This document shows positions 18,758-28,823 of a stretch of 64,000 nt of DNA, piece by piece (position 1 is the first letter of the stretch; the number at the start of each line of letters is the position of its first letter). Source of the DNA: Patescibacteria group bacterium (GTDB taxonomy: Bacteria > Patescibacteriota > Patescibacteriia > Patescibacteriales > UBA12075); the NCBI GenBank assembly GCA_018897195.1, contig JAHILH010000005.1:745-64744 (forward strand), in the 5' to 3' direction. A model generated the notes under the pieces. It saw only the letters and a program-made list of their open reading frames with translations. It was not told the DNA's origin and searched no databases. The translations under genes were made by a program, and so were the position numbers.

Positions 18758-19729
18758 ATGTCCAACTATCAAAAGATCTCAAAAAATATACATGAAGTTA
18801 CCATTGATAACCCCAACACTGTTGGTGGTGAATTGACTTGGTTAAATATTACCGATCCAGGCAAAGCTGAGATTCAATTTTTACGCCAAAGTAAAAAACA
18901 CAACTTCTCACTCGCCCATCTTCAAGCTTCCTCCACTAAGGCAACGGCGCAAAGACCTTTGGTGGAAAAAGGTAGCGACTATCTCTTTCTCATTCTCCAT
19001 TTTCCCGTCATGCGCAATGGTTCGATTTTTTCAACTGAGATTGAATTTTTTATTGGCAAAGATTATGTTGTTACCCTTCATGAAAATATCAAAGTTCTAA
19101 ATGATTTTTTCAGCATTTGCAAAAAAGACGGCGAACGCTTACTGTCAACCAAGCACGAATCAACGGCTGTTTTGCTTTACGAAATATTAGAAAGATTAAT
19201 GGTTGATACTTATCAAGTCTTAGACAAGATGAATATCTCCATTAACAACGTTGAGAAATTAATCTTTGAACAAGAAACTAAAAAAGCCGTTTCTGATATT
19301 TTATTTTTACGACGAAATATTATTAGCACCCGTCGCATTATGCAAAGCCACAAGAATATTATCAAAAAATTAACCCAACCAGAAACTGACTTAGTTGAAG
19401 ACGCAGAGGTTCGTAAATATTATTTTACCTTATTAGAATTATCCAAAAGAATTTGGGAATCCCTAGAAAACCAGAAAGAAATGATTGAAGTCTTGAACAG
19501 TACTAATGAGTCGTTAATGAATTACAACATGAATGATATTATGAAAACACTGACAATAATCTCCGTAATTGTCTTTCCGCTCACCCTCTTTGCCGCTATA
19601 TTCAGCATGAAAGTTGAAAACGGCATGCCCTTTCTTACTACACCGTATGGTTTTTGGTTTATCATCGGCTTAATGGTTATTGGAGGCCTATCAATGCTTC
19701 TATTTTTCAAAAAGAAAAAGTGGTTATAA
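18758..19729 (+). CDS. corA: CorA-family Mg2+/Co2+ transporter
   Basis: WLNI, MNDIMKTLTIIS...PLT, two C-terminal TMs, KKKKWL; GMN signature appears as SMK. Confidence 0.88.
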   Translation: MSNYQKISKNIHEVTIDNPNTVGGELTWLNITDPGKAEIQFLRQSKKHNFSLAHLQASSTKATAQRPLVEKGSDYLFLILHFPVMRNGSIFSTEIEFFIGKDYVVTLHENIKVLNDFFSICKKDGERLLSTKHESTAVLLYEILERLMVDTYQVLDKMNISINNVEKLIFEQETKKAVSDILFLRRNIISTRRIMQSHKNIIKKLTQPETDLVEDAEVRKYYFTLLELSKRIWESLENQKEMIEVLNSTNESLMNYNMNDIMKTLTIISVIVFPLTLFAAIFSMKVENGMPFLTTPYGFWFIIGLMVIGGLSMLLFFKKKKWL

Positions 19730-19763
19730 GTTAACTACAAAGACAAAATAAAAGAACGTTCAA

Positions 19764-20690
19764 TTATTGAACGTTCTTTTTGATTATATTCCTAATGTCT
19801 TCGATTGTTTCTACGCGCACAAACTCTTCACGTATCTTTCTAGCGCCCGGCAGGCCCTGCACATACCAGCACAAATGTTTCCGCATTTCTAATATCCCAG
19901 TCTTTCCTCTCAACTTAAACGCCGATTCGGCATGTTGTAAAGCAACATCAAAAACACTTGCCGGCAATTCACCACTTTTAATTTCACTAAAAATCCACGG
20001 CTTCCCAAACGCTCCCTGAGCAATCCCCAATCCATCTGCGCCAGACTTTATTAATAAATCTTGCGCACTTTGTAAATCCTTCACACCACCATTAGCAATA
20101 ATAATTCCGCCAAAATGATTCCGCGCTTGTCTAATAATTTCCGCATCCACTTCACCCACATGCATCTGCTTCAAATCCCGCCCATGAATCATTACCGCTT
20201 TCACGTCCAAATCCTTAATATTATCCAAGAATTGTAAAGCGTCCACGTCGCCGGCTTTTTTTCGAATCTTCACAGACACCGGCACGGTCGCCGTCTTCAC
20301 CACCACTTCCACCACCTTGCGTGATTGCACCAAATCCTTCGCCAATTCCGCCCCCGCATTCTGTTTCGCCACCTTTGGCACAGGACAGCCAAAATTAATA
20401 TCAATTCCATCCGGTTTAATTTCTTTTTCAATTATCCGCACCGCCTTTTCAAAATTCCCCTCCTCACTCCCAAACAACTGCACCACATAAGGCCGCTCCG
20501 ATTCCTCAAACCGCAACATCTCCAAAGTTTTCTCCGGCGCAAAACTAAGCGCATTTACCGATGCCATCTCACTATACACCACATCCGCACCATAAGCCTT
20601 GCACATCTGTCGAAAAGCCGAATCAGACACGCCCGCAATAGGAGCGAGACAGTAAAAAGGTTTATTCAGTTTTTGCCAGAAATTATTCAT
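19764..20690 (-). CDS. dusB: tRNA-dihydrouridine synthase
   Basis: LAPIAGVSDSAFR, VQLFG, IDINFGCP, IHGR, IIANGG, MRKHL. Confidence 0.92.
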   Translation of the reverse strand: MNNFWQKLNKPFYCLAPIAGVSDSAFRQMCKAYGADVVYSEMASVNALSFAPEKTLEMLRFEESERPYVVQLFGSEEGNFEKAVRIIEKEIKPDGIDINFGCPVPKVAKQNAGAELAKDLVQSRKVVEVVVKTATVPVSVKIRKKAGDVDALQFLDNIKDLDVKAVMIHGRDLKQMHVGEVDAEIIRQARNHFGGIIIANGGVKDLQSAQDLLIKSGADGLGIAQGAFGKPWIFSEIKSGELPASVFDVALQHAESAFKLRGKTGILEMRKHLCWYVQGLPGARKIREEFVRVETIEDIRNIIKKNVQ

Positions 20691-20693
20691 AAA

Positions 20694-21014
20694 TTATTTT
20701 TTAACAGATACCAAAATCCCAAAATCTTTTTCTAATTCAATCTGGCCAAGCTCACTCACATCTTTTAAAATAATCAGCGCATAATTGTGCCCTGCTTTCA
20801 AGTCCACACTTTGCAACGCCACGCGCACTTTTCTTTTATTCCGATTTCGAATCACCGCCAATTTAGAAATTTTCTTACTAACAATAATAGCGACCTTGGT
20901 GTCGCCATCTGTATTGGGCAAGAATTTTAACAATAAAAAATTACTCTTCCGGCCGCGACCGCGGGCGAAGAGTTCATCAAAGTCTTTCTTTCTTGTTAGT
21001 GATTGATATTTCAT
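20694..21014 (-). CDS. rnpA: Ribonuclease P protein component
   Basis: L-x-x-K-x-DF, IIVSKK and AVIRNRNKRKVR (RNR) motif. Confidence 0.92.
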   Translation of the reverse strand: MKYQSLTRKKDFDELFARGRGRKSNFLLLKFLPNTDGDTKVAIIVSKKISKLAVIRNRNKRKVRVALQSVDLKAGHNYALIILKDVSELGQIELEKDFGILVSVKK

Positions 21015-21604
21015 TATTTTTTATAGTCTTTTAAATTATCCAATATTTCCGGAAAAGCAAAATCGCCCGTCCCTTCACAGAGATGATTGCCTTGTTGCAA
21101 TAAATCGTCCTCTGGACTATCTGTATTTTTAATGACAATTATATCCGCGTTAAATTTTTCTTGCATAACAACCGCGCTCTTCAAAGGAATCAAGGGATCA
21201 TTATCTGATTGATAAATGATAAACTTCACGGCACTTTGTTTTACTTTTTCATAATCAAGCAGTGTATTCGTAAAACTTTCCACCTCAGGAATACCCAGTG
21301 ACTCAGAAAAACCAGCAACTAAAATCGCCACGGCCGCTTTTTGTCCGACTGGCACTTGCTCCAAAAATTTTAAAATCGCAATCACGCCCAAACTATGGCC
21401 GATGAAATAAGTATTTTCATCGACGACACCAACTAATTTATTCAAATACGCAATCCATTCGTCTTTGACTGGATGAGCCGTATTCGGCATCGCCGGCACA
21501 AAAACCTCAAAGCCAAGCTTGCTTGCTTCTAGTTTTAACCAAGGAAACCAATTACTATTTGGATCAGCTTCCCAACCATGGATTATAAATAGTCTTTTTG
21601 ACAT
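21014..21604 (-). CDS. RBBP9/YdeN-family alpha/beta hydrolase
   Basis: IIHGW, NWFPWL, GHSLG nucleophile elbow, SDNDP. Confidence 0.88.
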   Translation of the reverse strand: MSKRLFIIHGWEADPNSNWFPWLKLEASKLGFEVFVPAMPNTAHPVKDEWIAYLNKLVGVVDENTYFIGHSLGVIAILKFLEQVPVGQKAAVAILVAGFSESLGIPEVESFTNTLLDYEKVKQSAVKFIIYQSDNDPLIPLKSAVVMQEKFNADIIVIKNTDSPEDDLLQQGNHLCEGTGDFAFPEILDNLKDYKK

Positions 21605-21617
21605 AAGTTAATAGAAC

Positions 21618-24491
21618 TTATTTACCGCAGCATTTTTTATATTTCTTCCCTGATCCACAAGGACATAAATCATTGCGACCAACTTTGTTACCATCTTCAT
21701 CTTTTACCTTTTCATGAATCAAGTCAACTGTTTCGCGATGACCGGCACTGTCATCTTTTTTATATTCTGCAAAACTAGCTGAGTTATCGCTCATAGTTTT
21801 CTCGGGAGCGCTGAATTGCTTCGCCTGTTCAAGCAAACTTGGCGCTTTAATTTCTTGCGCTTGACCGCCGTGCATCATGCCAATCTTATAAATACTATAC
21901 ACCACTTCCTTATCAATCAAATTATTAAGTTGGTTATAAAGACCGAAGGCTTCTTTTTTATATTCAATCAAAGGATCACGTTGACCGTAACCACGTAGGC
22001 CGATGCCTTGGCGCACGCTCGCCACTGCTTCCAAATGCTCAATCCACATCATGTCAATCGCGCGAATCAAGATTGATTTCTCGATATCACTCCAATCAAC
22101 GCCCAAATCTTTGAGTCTCATTTGCAATTCATCATAAACATTCTTGGCCATTCCGTATAAATGCTCAATAATCTCTGTACGCGCTTTCGCTCGGTCGAAC
22201 TTATGATCACCTTCCAAAAATTTCTTTTGTAAATCATCTTTTAATCGTTCTCCAATCGGAAAAATTGTGGTCATCGTCTGATAAATCTCGGCCACATTCC
22301 AATCCTTGATTTCATCAGCTGCCGCATGAAAAGCCACCACCTGCTCAATTTCATTCTCCACCATTGTTAAAATAATATCACTCAAAGTCTTCTTTTCGCC
22401 CTCAACTTCCGTAGAGGATTCACTTAATTTATTTATTTCGGACAAAGTCAAAATCTCCAAACGCTTACGATAAATCGCTTCTCGGTGTTTATTAATCACA
22501 TCATCATAATCCACTAAATGCTTACGAATATCAAAGTTATTGCCTTCGACTTTTTTCTGAGCTGATTCAATAGATCTAGAAATTAGCTTATTCTCAATCG
22601 GCATATCTTCCGGCAATTTTAAACTAGTCATAATCGACTTCATTCGATCACCACCAAATATACGCATCAAGTCATCATCCATCGACACAAAGAATTGTGA
22701 TGAACCAGGATCACCTTGACGACCGGCACGACCACGAAGTTGATTATCAATACGACGTGACTCATGACGCTCAGTACCAATCACGTGCAAACCACCCAAT
22801 TCTTTCACCTTGCGGCTACTTTCCTGCCACTCGGCATATTCAGGACTGTCCTTTTCTGGTGCCACACCGCCAAGCATAATATCAACACCACGACCAGCCA
22901 TATTAGTGGCAATCGTAATGGTACCCAGCTTACCGGCATCAGCAATAAAGCGCGCTTCCTTATCATGATTCTTGGCATTCAAAACTTGTGGCCGTAAGCC
23001 CTCGCGCTCCATAAAATTTGCCAAGAGCTCATTCTTTGCAATTGAAATCGTACCCACTAAAACCGGTTGCCCTTTTTTATGCAATTCCTTTACCGCTTGT
23101 GTCACCGCCGCAAACTTACCCATCTCCGTCTTGTAAATTAAATCATTTTGGTCAATTCTCACATTCGGCTTATTCGTTGGAATTGACACCACCTCCAAAT
23201 TATAGATCTTATGAAACTCTTCAGCTTCTGTCGCCGCCGTACCAGTCATACCGGCTAATTTTTCGTATAATCTAAAATAATTTTGAAAGGTCACTGTTGC
23301 CAAAGTTTGCGATTCACGTTGAATCTTCACACTCTCTTTAGCTTCAATCGCTTGGTGCAAGCCCTCACTATAACGACGGCCATGCATCAATCGGCCGGTG
23401 AATTCGTCAACAATAACAACCTCACCATCTTTAACGATATAATCACGTTCGTTCAGGAATAATGCATGTGCTTTCAAAGCTTGTTCAATATGATGCACTT
23501 CACGAATGCCACCAATGGTATAAATATTCTCCACGCCCAACCATTTTTCCATTTTAGTAATACCAGCCTCAGACAATGTCGCCGCTTTCATTTTTTCATC
23601 AACGTTATAGTCTTCATTTTCTATTAATTGTTTTACCAGTTCAGAAAATTTATAATATTTATCAGTTGACTCTTCTGCTGGTGCAGAAATAATCAAAGGA
23701 GTACGCGCCTCATCAATCAAAATAGAATCAATTTCATCGACAATGGTATAATAAAAACCACGTTGCACCATCTGGTCCAAGCTCGATACCATATTATCTT
23801 TCAAGTAATCAAATCCGAATTCATTATTTGTTCCATAGACCACATCGCAGCGATACGCGTCTTGACGTGGCACCCGCTTGAAGTGTTTTAACTTCTCTTC
23901 CGTCTCAGCCTCATTAATATATTCCGGGTCATACTTCAAGGCACTCTCATGAATGATCACACCCGTTGTCATGCCCAAGGCTTCATAAATACGCGCGGTC
24001 AAACCAGCACCAACTTTAGACAAATAATCATTCACGGTAATCAACTGCACACTCTGTCCAGTCAAGGCATTCAAATACAAAGGCAAAGTCGCTACCAAGG
24101 TTTTACCCTCACCAGTCTTCATCTCTGCGATCTGCCCACGGTGCAAAATAATACCACCAACCATCTGCACATCATAATGCCTCTGCCCCACTGTTCGTCG
24201 CGCTGCCTCACGCACAGCTGCAAACGCCTCCGGCAACAATGCATTTAGCTTTTCTTGTAATTCCAGCTTAGACTTTTCATCCTTATTCTTCTCACTGGCT
24301 GCCTGCAATTGATAATTAGTAATTGGTATAATACCTAGTTCCGCGCGTAATTTTGCGGTTATACCCTGAAGCTCTTCAACACTCATAGCCTCATATTTCG
24401 CCTCTAAAGCATTAATTTGATCAACAATCGGTTGCAAGCTCTTAATTATTTTTAAATTTGGGTCTCCAAAAATTTTCGTAATAATAGACAT
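21618..24491 (-). CDS. secA: Preprotein translocase subunit SecA
   Basis: EMKTGEGKT, VDEIDSILIDEARTPL, ATNMAGRG, GRAGRQGDPG, C-terminal CPCGSGKKYKKCC. Confidence 0.98.
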   Translation of the reverse strand: MSIITKIFGDPNLKIIKSLQPIVDQINALEAKYEAMSVEELQGITAKLRAELGIIPITNYQLQAASEKNKDEKSKLELQEKLNALLPEAFAAVREAARRTVGQRHYDVQMVGGIILHRGQIAEMKTGEGKTLVATLPLYLNALTGQSVQLITVNDYLSKVGAGLTARIYEALGMTTGVIIHESALKYDPEYINEAETEEKLKHFKRVPRQDAYRCDVVYGTNNEFGFDYLKDNMVSSLDQMVQRGFYYTIVDEIDSILIDEARTPLIISAPAEESTDKYYKFSELVKQLIENEDYNVDEKMKAATLSEAGITKMEKWLGVENIYTIGGIREVHHIEQALKAHALFLNERDYIVKDGEVVIVDEFTGRLMHGRRYSEGLHQAIEAKESVKIQRESQTLATVTFQNYFRLYEKLAGMTGTAATEAEEFHKIYNLEVVSIPTNKPNVRIDQNDLIYKTEMGKFAAVTQAVKELHKKGQPVLVGTISIAKNELLANFMEREGLRPQVLNAKNHDKEARFIADAGKLGTITIATNMAGRGVDIMLGGVAPEKDSPEYAEWQESSRKVKELGGLHVIGTERHESRRIDNQLRGRAGRQGDPGSSQFFVSMDDDLMRIFGGDRMKSIMTSLKLPEDMPIENKLISRSIESAQKKVEGNNFDIRKHLVDYDDVINKHREAIYRKRLEILTLSEINKLSESSTEVEGEKKTLSDIILTMVENEIEQVVAFHAAADEIKDWNVAEIYQTMTTIFPIGERLKDDLQKKFLEGDHKFDRAKARTEIIEHLYGMAKNVYDELQMRLKDLGVDWSDIEKSILIRAIDMMWIEHLEAVASVRQGIGLRGYGQRDPLIEYKKEAFGLYNQLNNLIDKEVVYSIYKIGMMHGGQAQEIKAPSLLEQAKQFSAPEKTMSDNSASFAEYKKDDSAGHRETVDLIHEKVKDEDGNKVGRNDLCPCGSGKKYKKCCGK

Positions 24492-24780
24492 AAATGCTCA
24501 AAAAAAAGCCCATACAATCACAGGACAAGTTTATAATAAATTTATTATTGAATAATATGCTTATTATAATAGCATTAGCTAGAAAAATCAAGATTATGTG
24601 AACCCTTCTCTATTGACACATCGTTTTTTATTATATATATTGATATATTATTATAAGAACAGTAATAACGAATCATTTTTTTATTCCTTCCCCAAGCTTG
24701 GTATAAAAACATTATTTAACCTAATATTAGGAGAAATACGTCAACCAGCCATTTTTTTTATTGCAAAAAAACTTCGAATT

Positions 24781-25932
24781 ATGCTAACTCAAGACCAACA
24801 AATTTTTGAGCAGATCAAAAAATCTCAAAACATATTGATCACTTTCAATAAAACTTGGAGTGGCGACGCTGTTGCCTCTGCTCTTGCCTTTGGTATGGTT
24901 TTGAAAAAAATGGAGAAAAAGTTCGACATCATTGCCGAAAAACTCGAAAGATCAAATACTTTCAAATTCCTGCCTAATTATAATGACATCAAAGAAAATA
25001 TCGAAAATCTACGCAAGTTCATTATCTCCCTTGATACCACTAATTCTCGAATTGAAAAAATTAAATACAAAAAAGAGGAACACTCTATCGAATTCATCGT
25101 CTATCCCAGTGATGGTTTTTTCTCGCACGAAAATATTACTTCCCGCTCTGGTGAATTCAAATATGATTTAATCATCACCCTTGATACTCCAGACCTAGAA
25201 TCGTTGGGCAGAATCTATGACAAGGATACAGAATTTTTTTACCAAACCCCTATCATCAACATTGACCATCATTCCAATAATGAGGGTTATGGTCAAATCA
25301 ATAAAACTGAACTATCAAATATCTCCACTTCAGAAATTGTTTTCAACATCATCAATGACACTTACAAAGATTTAATTGACGAAAACATTGCGACCTGCAT
25401 TTTAGCCGGTATTATTTCTAAGACCAATAATTTTAAGACTCAGAACATCACACCACAGGTTTTAACTATTGCCTCTCAGCTTATTACCCTTGGGGCTAGA
25501 CGCGAGCAAATCGTCAGCAAGCTCTATCGCTCTCGCTCATTAAATATTCTCAAACTTTGGGGCCGAGTTCTGGCTCGATTATCAAGCGCAAACGACAACA
25601 AGTTGGTCTGGTCAGTTTTAACCAAACAAGACTTAATTAAAACCAGTACTAACGAAGATGAAATTCCCGAAGTTATCAATGAACTAATCACCAATATCCC
25701 ACAAGCAATGATTATTGTTATTCTTTACGAATCAGAACAAAATGACCAAGTTGTTACTAAGGCCATTATTCATACTATGAAAAATATTAATAGCCTCGAC
25801 TTAGTTAAAAAATATAGCCCTATCGGCACCAAGAGCTTCTCCAGAATTACTCTTGCGAAAAACCCTAAAGAAGCGGAAACAGAGATAATTGAAACTATTA
25901 AAGAAAATCTAGGCAAGATAATACAACAATAA
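24781..25932 (+). CDS. DHH-family phosphoesterase (NrnA-like, degenerate motifs)
   Basis: IDHH motif, GDAVASA, LDT; start set at ATG 24781. Confidence 0.82.
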   Translation: MLTQDQQIFEQIKKSQNILITFNKTWSGDAVASALAFGMVLKKMEKKFDIIAEKLERSNTFKFLPNYNDIKENIENLRKFIISLDTTNSRIEKIKYKKEEHSIEFIVYPSDGFFSHENITSRSGEFKYDLIITLDTPDLESLGRIYDKDTEFFYQTPIINIDHHSNNEGYGQINKTELSNISTSEIVFNIINDTYKDLIDENIATCILAGIISKTNNFKTQNITPQVLTIASQLITLGARREQIVSKLYRSRSLNILKLWGRVLARLSSANDNKLVWSVLTKQDLIKTSTNEDEIPEVINELITNIPQAMIIVILYESEQNDQVVTKAIIHTMKNINSLDLVKKYSPIGTKSFSRITLAKNPKEAETEIIETIKENLGKIIQQ

Positions 25933-26016
25933 ATGTTGTCTTGAAATAAATACTTTTCAATGATATTATAATTAAAGAATGACTAAAAATTAGTCTTTTT
26001 TAATTTTACACAAAAT

Positions 26017-26090
26017 GCTCGCATAGCTCAGTTGGTTAGAGCACGGCTCTTATAAAGCCGGGGTCGACGGTTCAAGTCCATCTGCGAGCA
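26017..26090 (+). tRNA. tRNA-Ile(TAT)
   Basis: Cloverleaf; anticodon arm CGGCT-CTTATAA-AGCCG; discriminator A. Confidence 0.92.
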
Positions 26091-26195
26091 CATAAAAAAC
26101 AAAGTTCAGACTTTGTTTTTTTTTATTATCAATTTTTTCAAAAAAAACAGCGCATGGTTTTTCCCATGCGCTTTAAAACGACTAAAAAGACACTC

Positions 26196-26761
26196 TTAAT
26201 TGCCAAGTTCATCTTCTGACACAATTCGATGAGCCAGGCCATAATGAACCGCTTCACGAGCTGACAAGGTTGCCTCCGCCCGCATCAGACTTAAAAATGT
26301 TGACCGGGATATACCTGATTGTTCCGAAATGAATGCCAGCATCCAATTCTGAGCATTACGCATTCTAATGCGTTCCTCCTCAAGCCACTCGCGACGCAAA
26401 GACCTTAAACGCTCATTCTCCCAATCAATAGCTGCGTCTAAATCACAAATAGTTATTTCATGACCGTCATTGCTAATGGCTCTTACCTCATGAAAGAAAA
26501 AAACGCCATCAGGAAGAACTAAACGCTTTTTTCCCAACAAAAAAAGAATCACCGCCGCCGATCGAACATCACGACAAACTGAGGTAAAGCTGTGTTGCAA
26601 AAGAAATGGAGCCAAGGTTGAGAAAAATTCAAAACTTCCGCCAGGCGAATCAATCCATACCATTTGCCCCCCCCCCCTCTCTTCTTTTGCAACATTTTCA
26701 ATAGGCATTGAACCGAATCCAGGGAAACTTCACTTGAAAAACCAATGTTTTGACCATGCAT
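26196..26761 (-). pseudogene. ClpP-like protease gene frameshifted at a G11 tract (or phase-variable)
   Basis: AGGAGG-ATG at 26761 gives a ClpP-like N-terminus; catalytic part (IDSPGG, SAA, FHE) is in another frame after C11 at 26667-26677. Confidence 0.7.
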
Positions 26762-26936
26762 GACATCCTCCTTTTTCTAATGAATCTTACGGGAATTCCC
26801 TCAGTCTTATATTTTATGATAAATACGAATATTAAAGAACTAAAAAATAACATTATAATATTTGTCATATTATGTCAATTATTTTCTAACAACCGACATT
26901 CTTTCAATTTCCAAAAATCTTTGCTAAAATAATAAC

Positions 26937-27827
26937 ATGAAAACTCAACAAAAAATCTTCAAAATTTTATTAGTCACCGCTCTTATTCTCGCACCACTTG
27001 TAAAAGTTTCCGCCAAGGAGGCACGCATTTTTTTATCATCTGGGTATGGAGTTTATCCGGCTGGCAAGGATATAATCACCCGCTTAATTATCAACAGCGG
27101 CGGCAATGCTGGCATCAACGCTGCTGAAGGGATAATCAAATTTGATCCGAAATTTTTAAAAATTAAAAGCATCAATAAAAAACCATCAATTTTTACTCTT
27201 TGGCCTACAGAGCCAAAATTTTCTAACGCCAGTGGCACAATTGAATTTGGTGGCGGCTCCCCGACTAAATACAAAGACACAGCTGGCCAAATTTTTACTA
27301 TCACCTTTACACCTTTAAAATCCGGAAAGACTGATTTGACAATCGCCACCACTACTGCCAAAATTTTAACCGCCGATGGAATTGCTGACAACATTTTAAA
27401 AGAAAAATTTCAAAGTTTTATAACCTTTGGCAATTCCAGTGCCTTGAAATCTGCTGCATCTTTGACAAAAAAAATGTCTGGCAAAATCCTCTTACAAGTG
27501 GAAAAAAACGGTGAGGCTTGGTATGTCTACCCTACCGACAACCGTCGCTACTTCCTCGGACGTCCCGAAGATGCTTTCAATCTCATGCGCAAACTTGGCC
27601 TTGGCGTCAATCACGCCTACATAAAAAACTACAAAACCTTTCCCGCAAAAGTTCTGGGTAAAATTCTCATTGATGTCGAGGATGATGGCCGAGCTTATTA
27701 CATCTACCCAGTAGACAAAAAAGCCTACTACCTTGGTCGTCCCAAGGATGCCTTTCGCATTATGCGCGAAAAAGGCTTAGGTATTAAAAACTCAGAATTA
27801 GACAAAATTGACGATTGGGCAATATAA
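26937..27827 (+). CDS. Secreted protein with cohesin-like domain and two CPR-type repeats
   Basis: Signal peptide; INAAEGIIKFDP...GTIEFGGG; repeats GKILLQVE..GEAWYVYP and GKILIDVE..GRAYYIYP. Confidence 0.8.
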   Translation: MKTQQKIFKILLVTALILAPLVKVSAKEARIFLSSGYGVYPAGKDIITRLIINSGGNAGINAAEGIIKFDPKFLKIKSINKKPSIFTLWPTEPKFSNASGTIEFGGGSPTKYKDTAGQIFTITFTPLKSGKTDLTIATTTAKILTADGIADNILKEKFQSFITFGNSSALKSAASLTKKMSGKILLQVEKNGEAWYVYPTDNRRYFLGRPEDAFNLMRKLGLGVNHAYIKNYKTFPAKVLGKILIDVEDDGRAYYIYPVDKKAYYLGRPKDAFRIMREKGLGIKNSELDKIDDWAI

Positions 27828-27927
27828 ATTCAACTATGAATTATCCAGTCCGAGGCGGGTCTGCCTTGAGCGAAAAATAAAAAAGCTATTCGTTACAGCG
27901 AATAGCTTTGTTTGTTTTTAAAAGAAA

Positions 27928-28350
27928 TTAATTTGTTATCTCGACATAATCCAACTCTTTCTCCTTTTTATACAGAAGATAAAGCGTACCAAGACAAAAC
28001 GCCAAAAAATCCATGTTGCGCTCAATGTCCTTAATCCTGGTCGTCAGAAAAGTTCGATCAGAACGAATCAAATAACAATGCCGAACATGTTCCCACTTGT
28101 AAGATTGACAACTAGCAAACGCTTTTTCCAACCAACCCTCATCATTGAAATCAATAAAGGGATACAAGGCAAGAACTGCGTCCTTGGGATTAATCTTTTT
28201 ACAATAAGACATTATTGTCGTTACATGTGGCTGCAAAACATCAGCCAAACAAGGACCATTTTTATTTTTTTCAGCTTCCTCATTAACCTTCTTTTTGGCC
28301 TGAAGAATTACGGCATGGCACTCATCTACGAGTCTTAGCATATCGTCCAT
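27928..28350 (-). CDS. Hypothetical protein
   Basis: 140-aa ORF with GGGGAG SD and upstream TTGACT promoter-like site. Confidence 0.65.
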   Translation of the reverse strand: MDDMLRLVDECHAVILQAKKKVNEEAEKNKNGPCLADVLQPHVTTIMSYCKKINPKDAVLALYPFIDFNDEGWLEKAFASCQSYKWEHVRHCYLIRSDRTFLTTRIKDIERNMDFLAFCLGTLYLLYKKEKELDYVEITN

Positions 28351-28545
28351 TAGAAATCTCCCCTTTTATAATGAACATTCAGAAAATAACCACAGACGTC
28401 GTCCATGATCACCATTTTTCCAAAGAACAAAAAAACACAATAAAATCAAATTAAGATCTTATTGCATCTAAAATAGATATTACACAATTTTCACAAAAAG
28501 TCAATATTAGCAATTTCCCTCAGTTAATATTGGCAAAAAATATGT

Positions 28546-28622
28546 TGGTGGACGCGGGGGGGCTCGAACCTCCGACCTCTACAATGTCAATGTAGCACTC
28601 TAACCAACTGAGCTACGCGTCC
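28546..28622 (-). tRNA. tRNA-Val(GAC)
   Basis: Cloverleaf; CTACA-TTGACAT-TGTAG anticodon arm; encoded CCA. Confidence 0.95.
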
Positions 28623-28823
28623 TTATTATATTATAACCTTAAACCACCGCCCTCATCGCCCAAGGCAGGTCATCCTCGTGCTGACAAGCAACAAAGCTAG
28701 TCGTCCGTTTAATTAATTTAACATATTTATTAAAAAAGTAAACACCAAGTCCAGTGCTTGATTTATATCTTAAATACTATTATAATATTAATAACTTTAT
28801 AAACTATTAACCTAGTAAAAAAT

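Noticed and set aside
24598..24780. N-terminal extension of the DHH ORF
   Set aside because: AT-rich promoter region; ATG 24781 fits the family start
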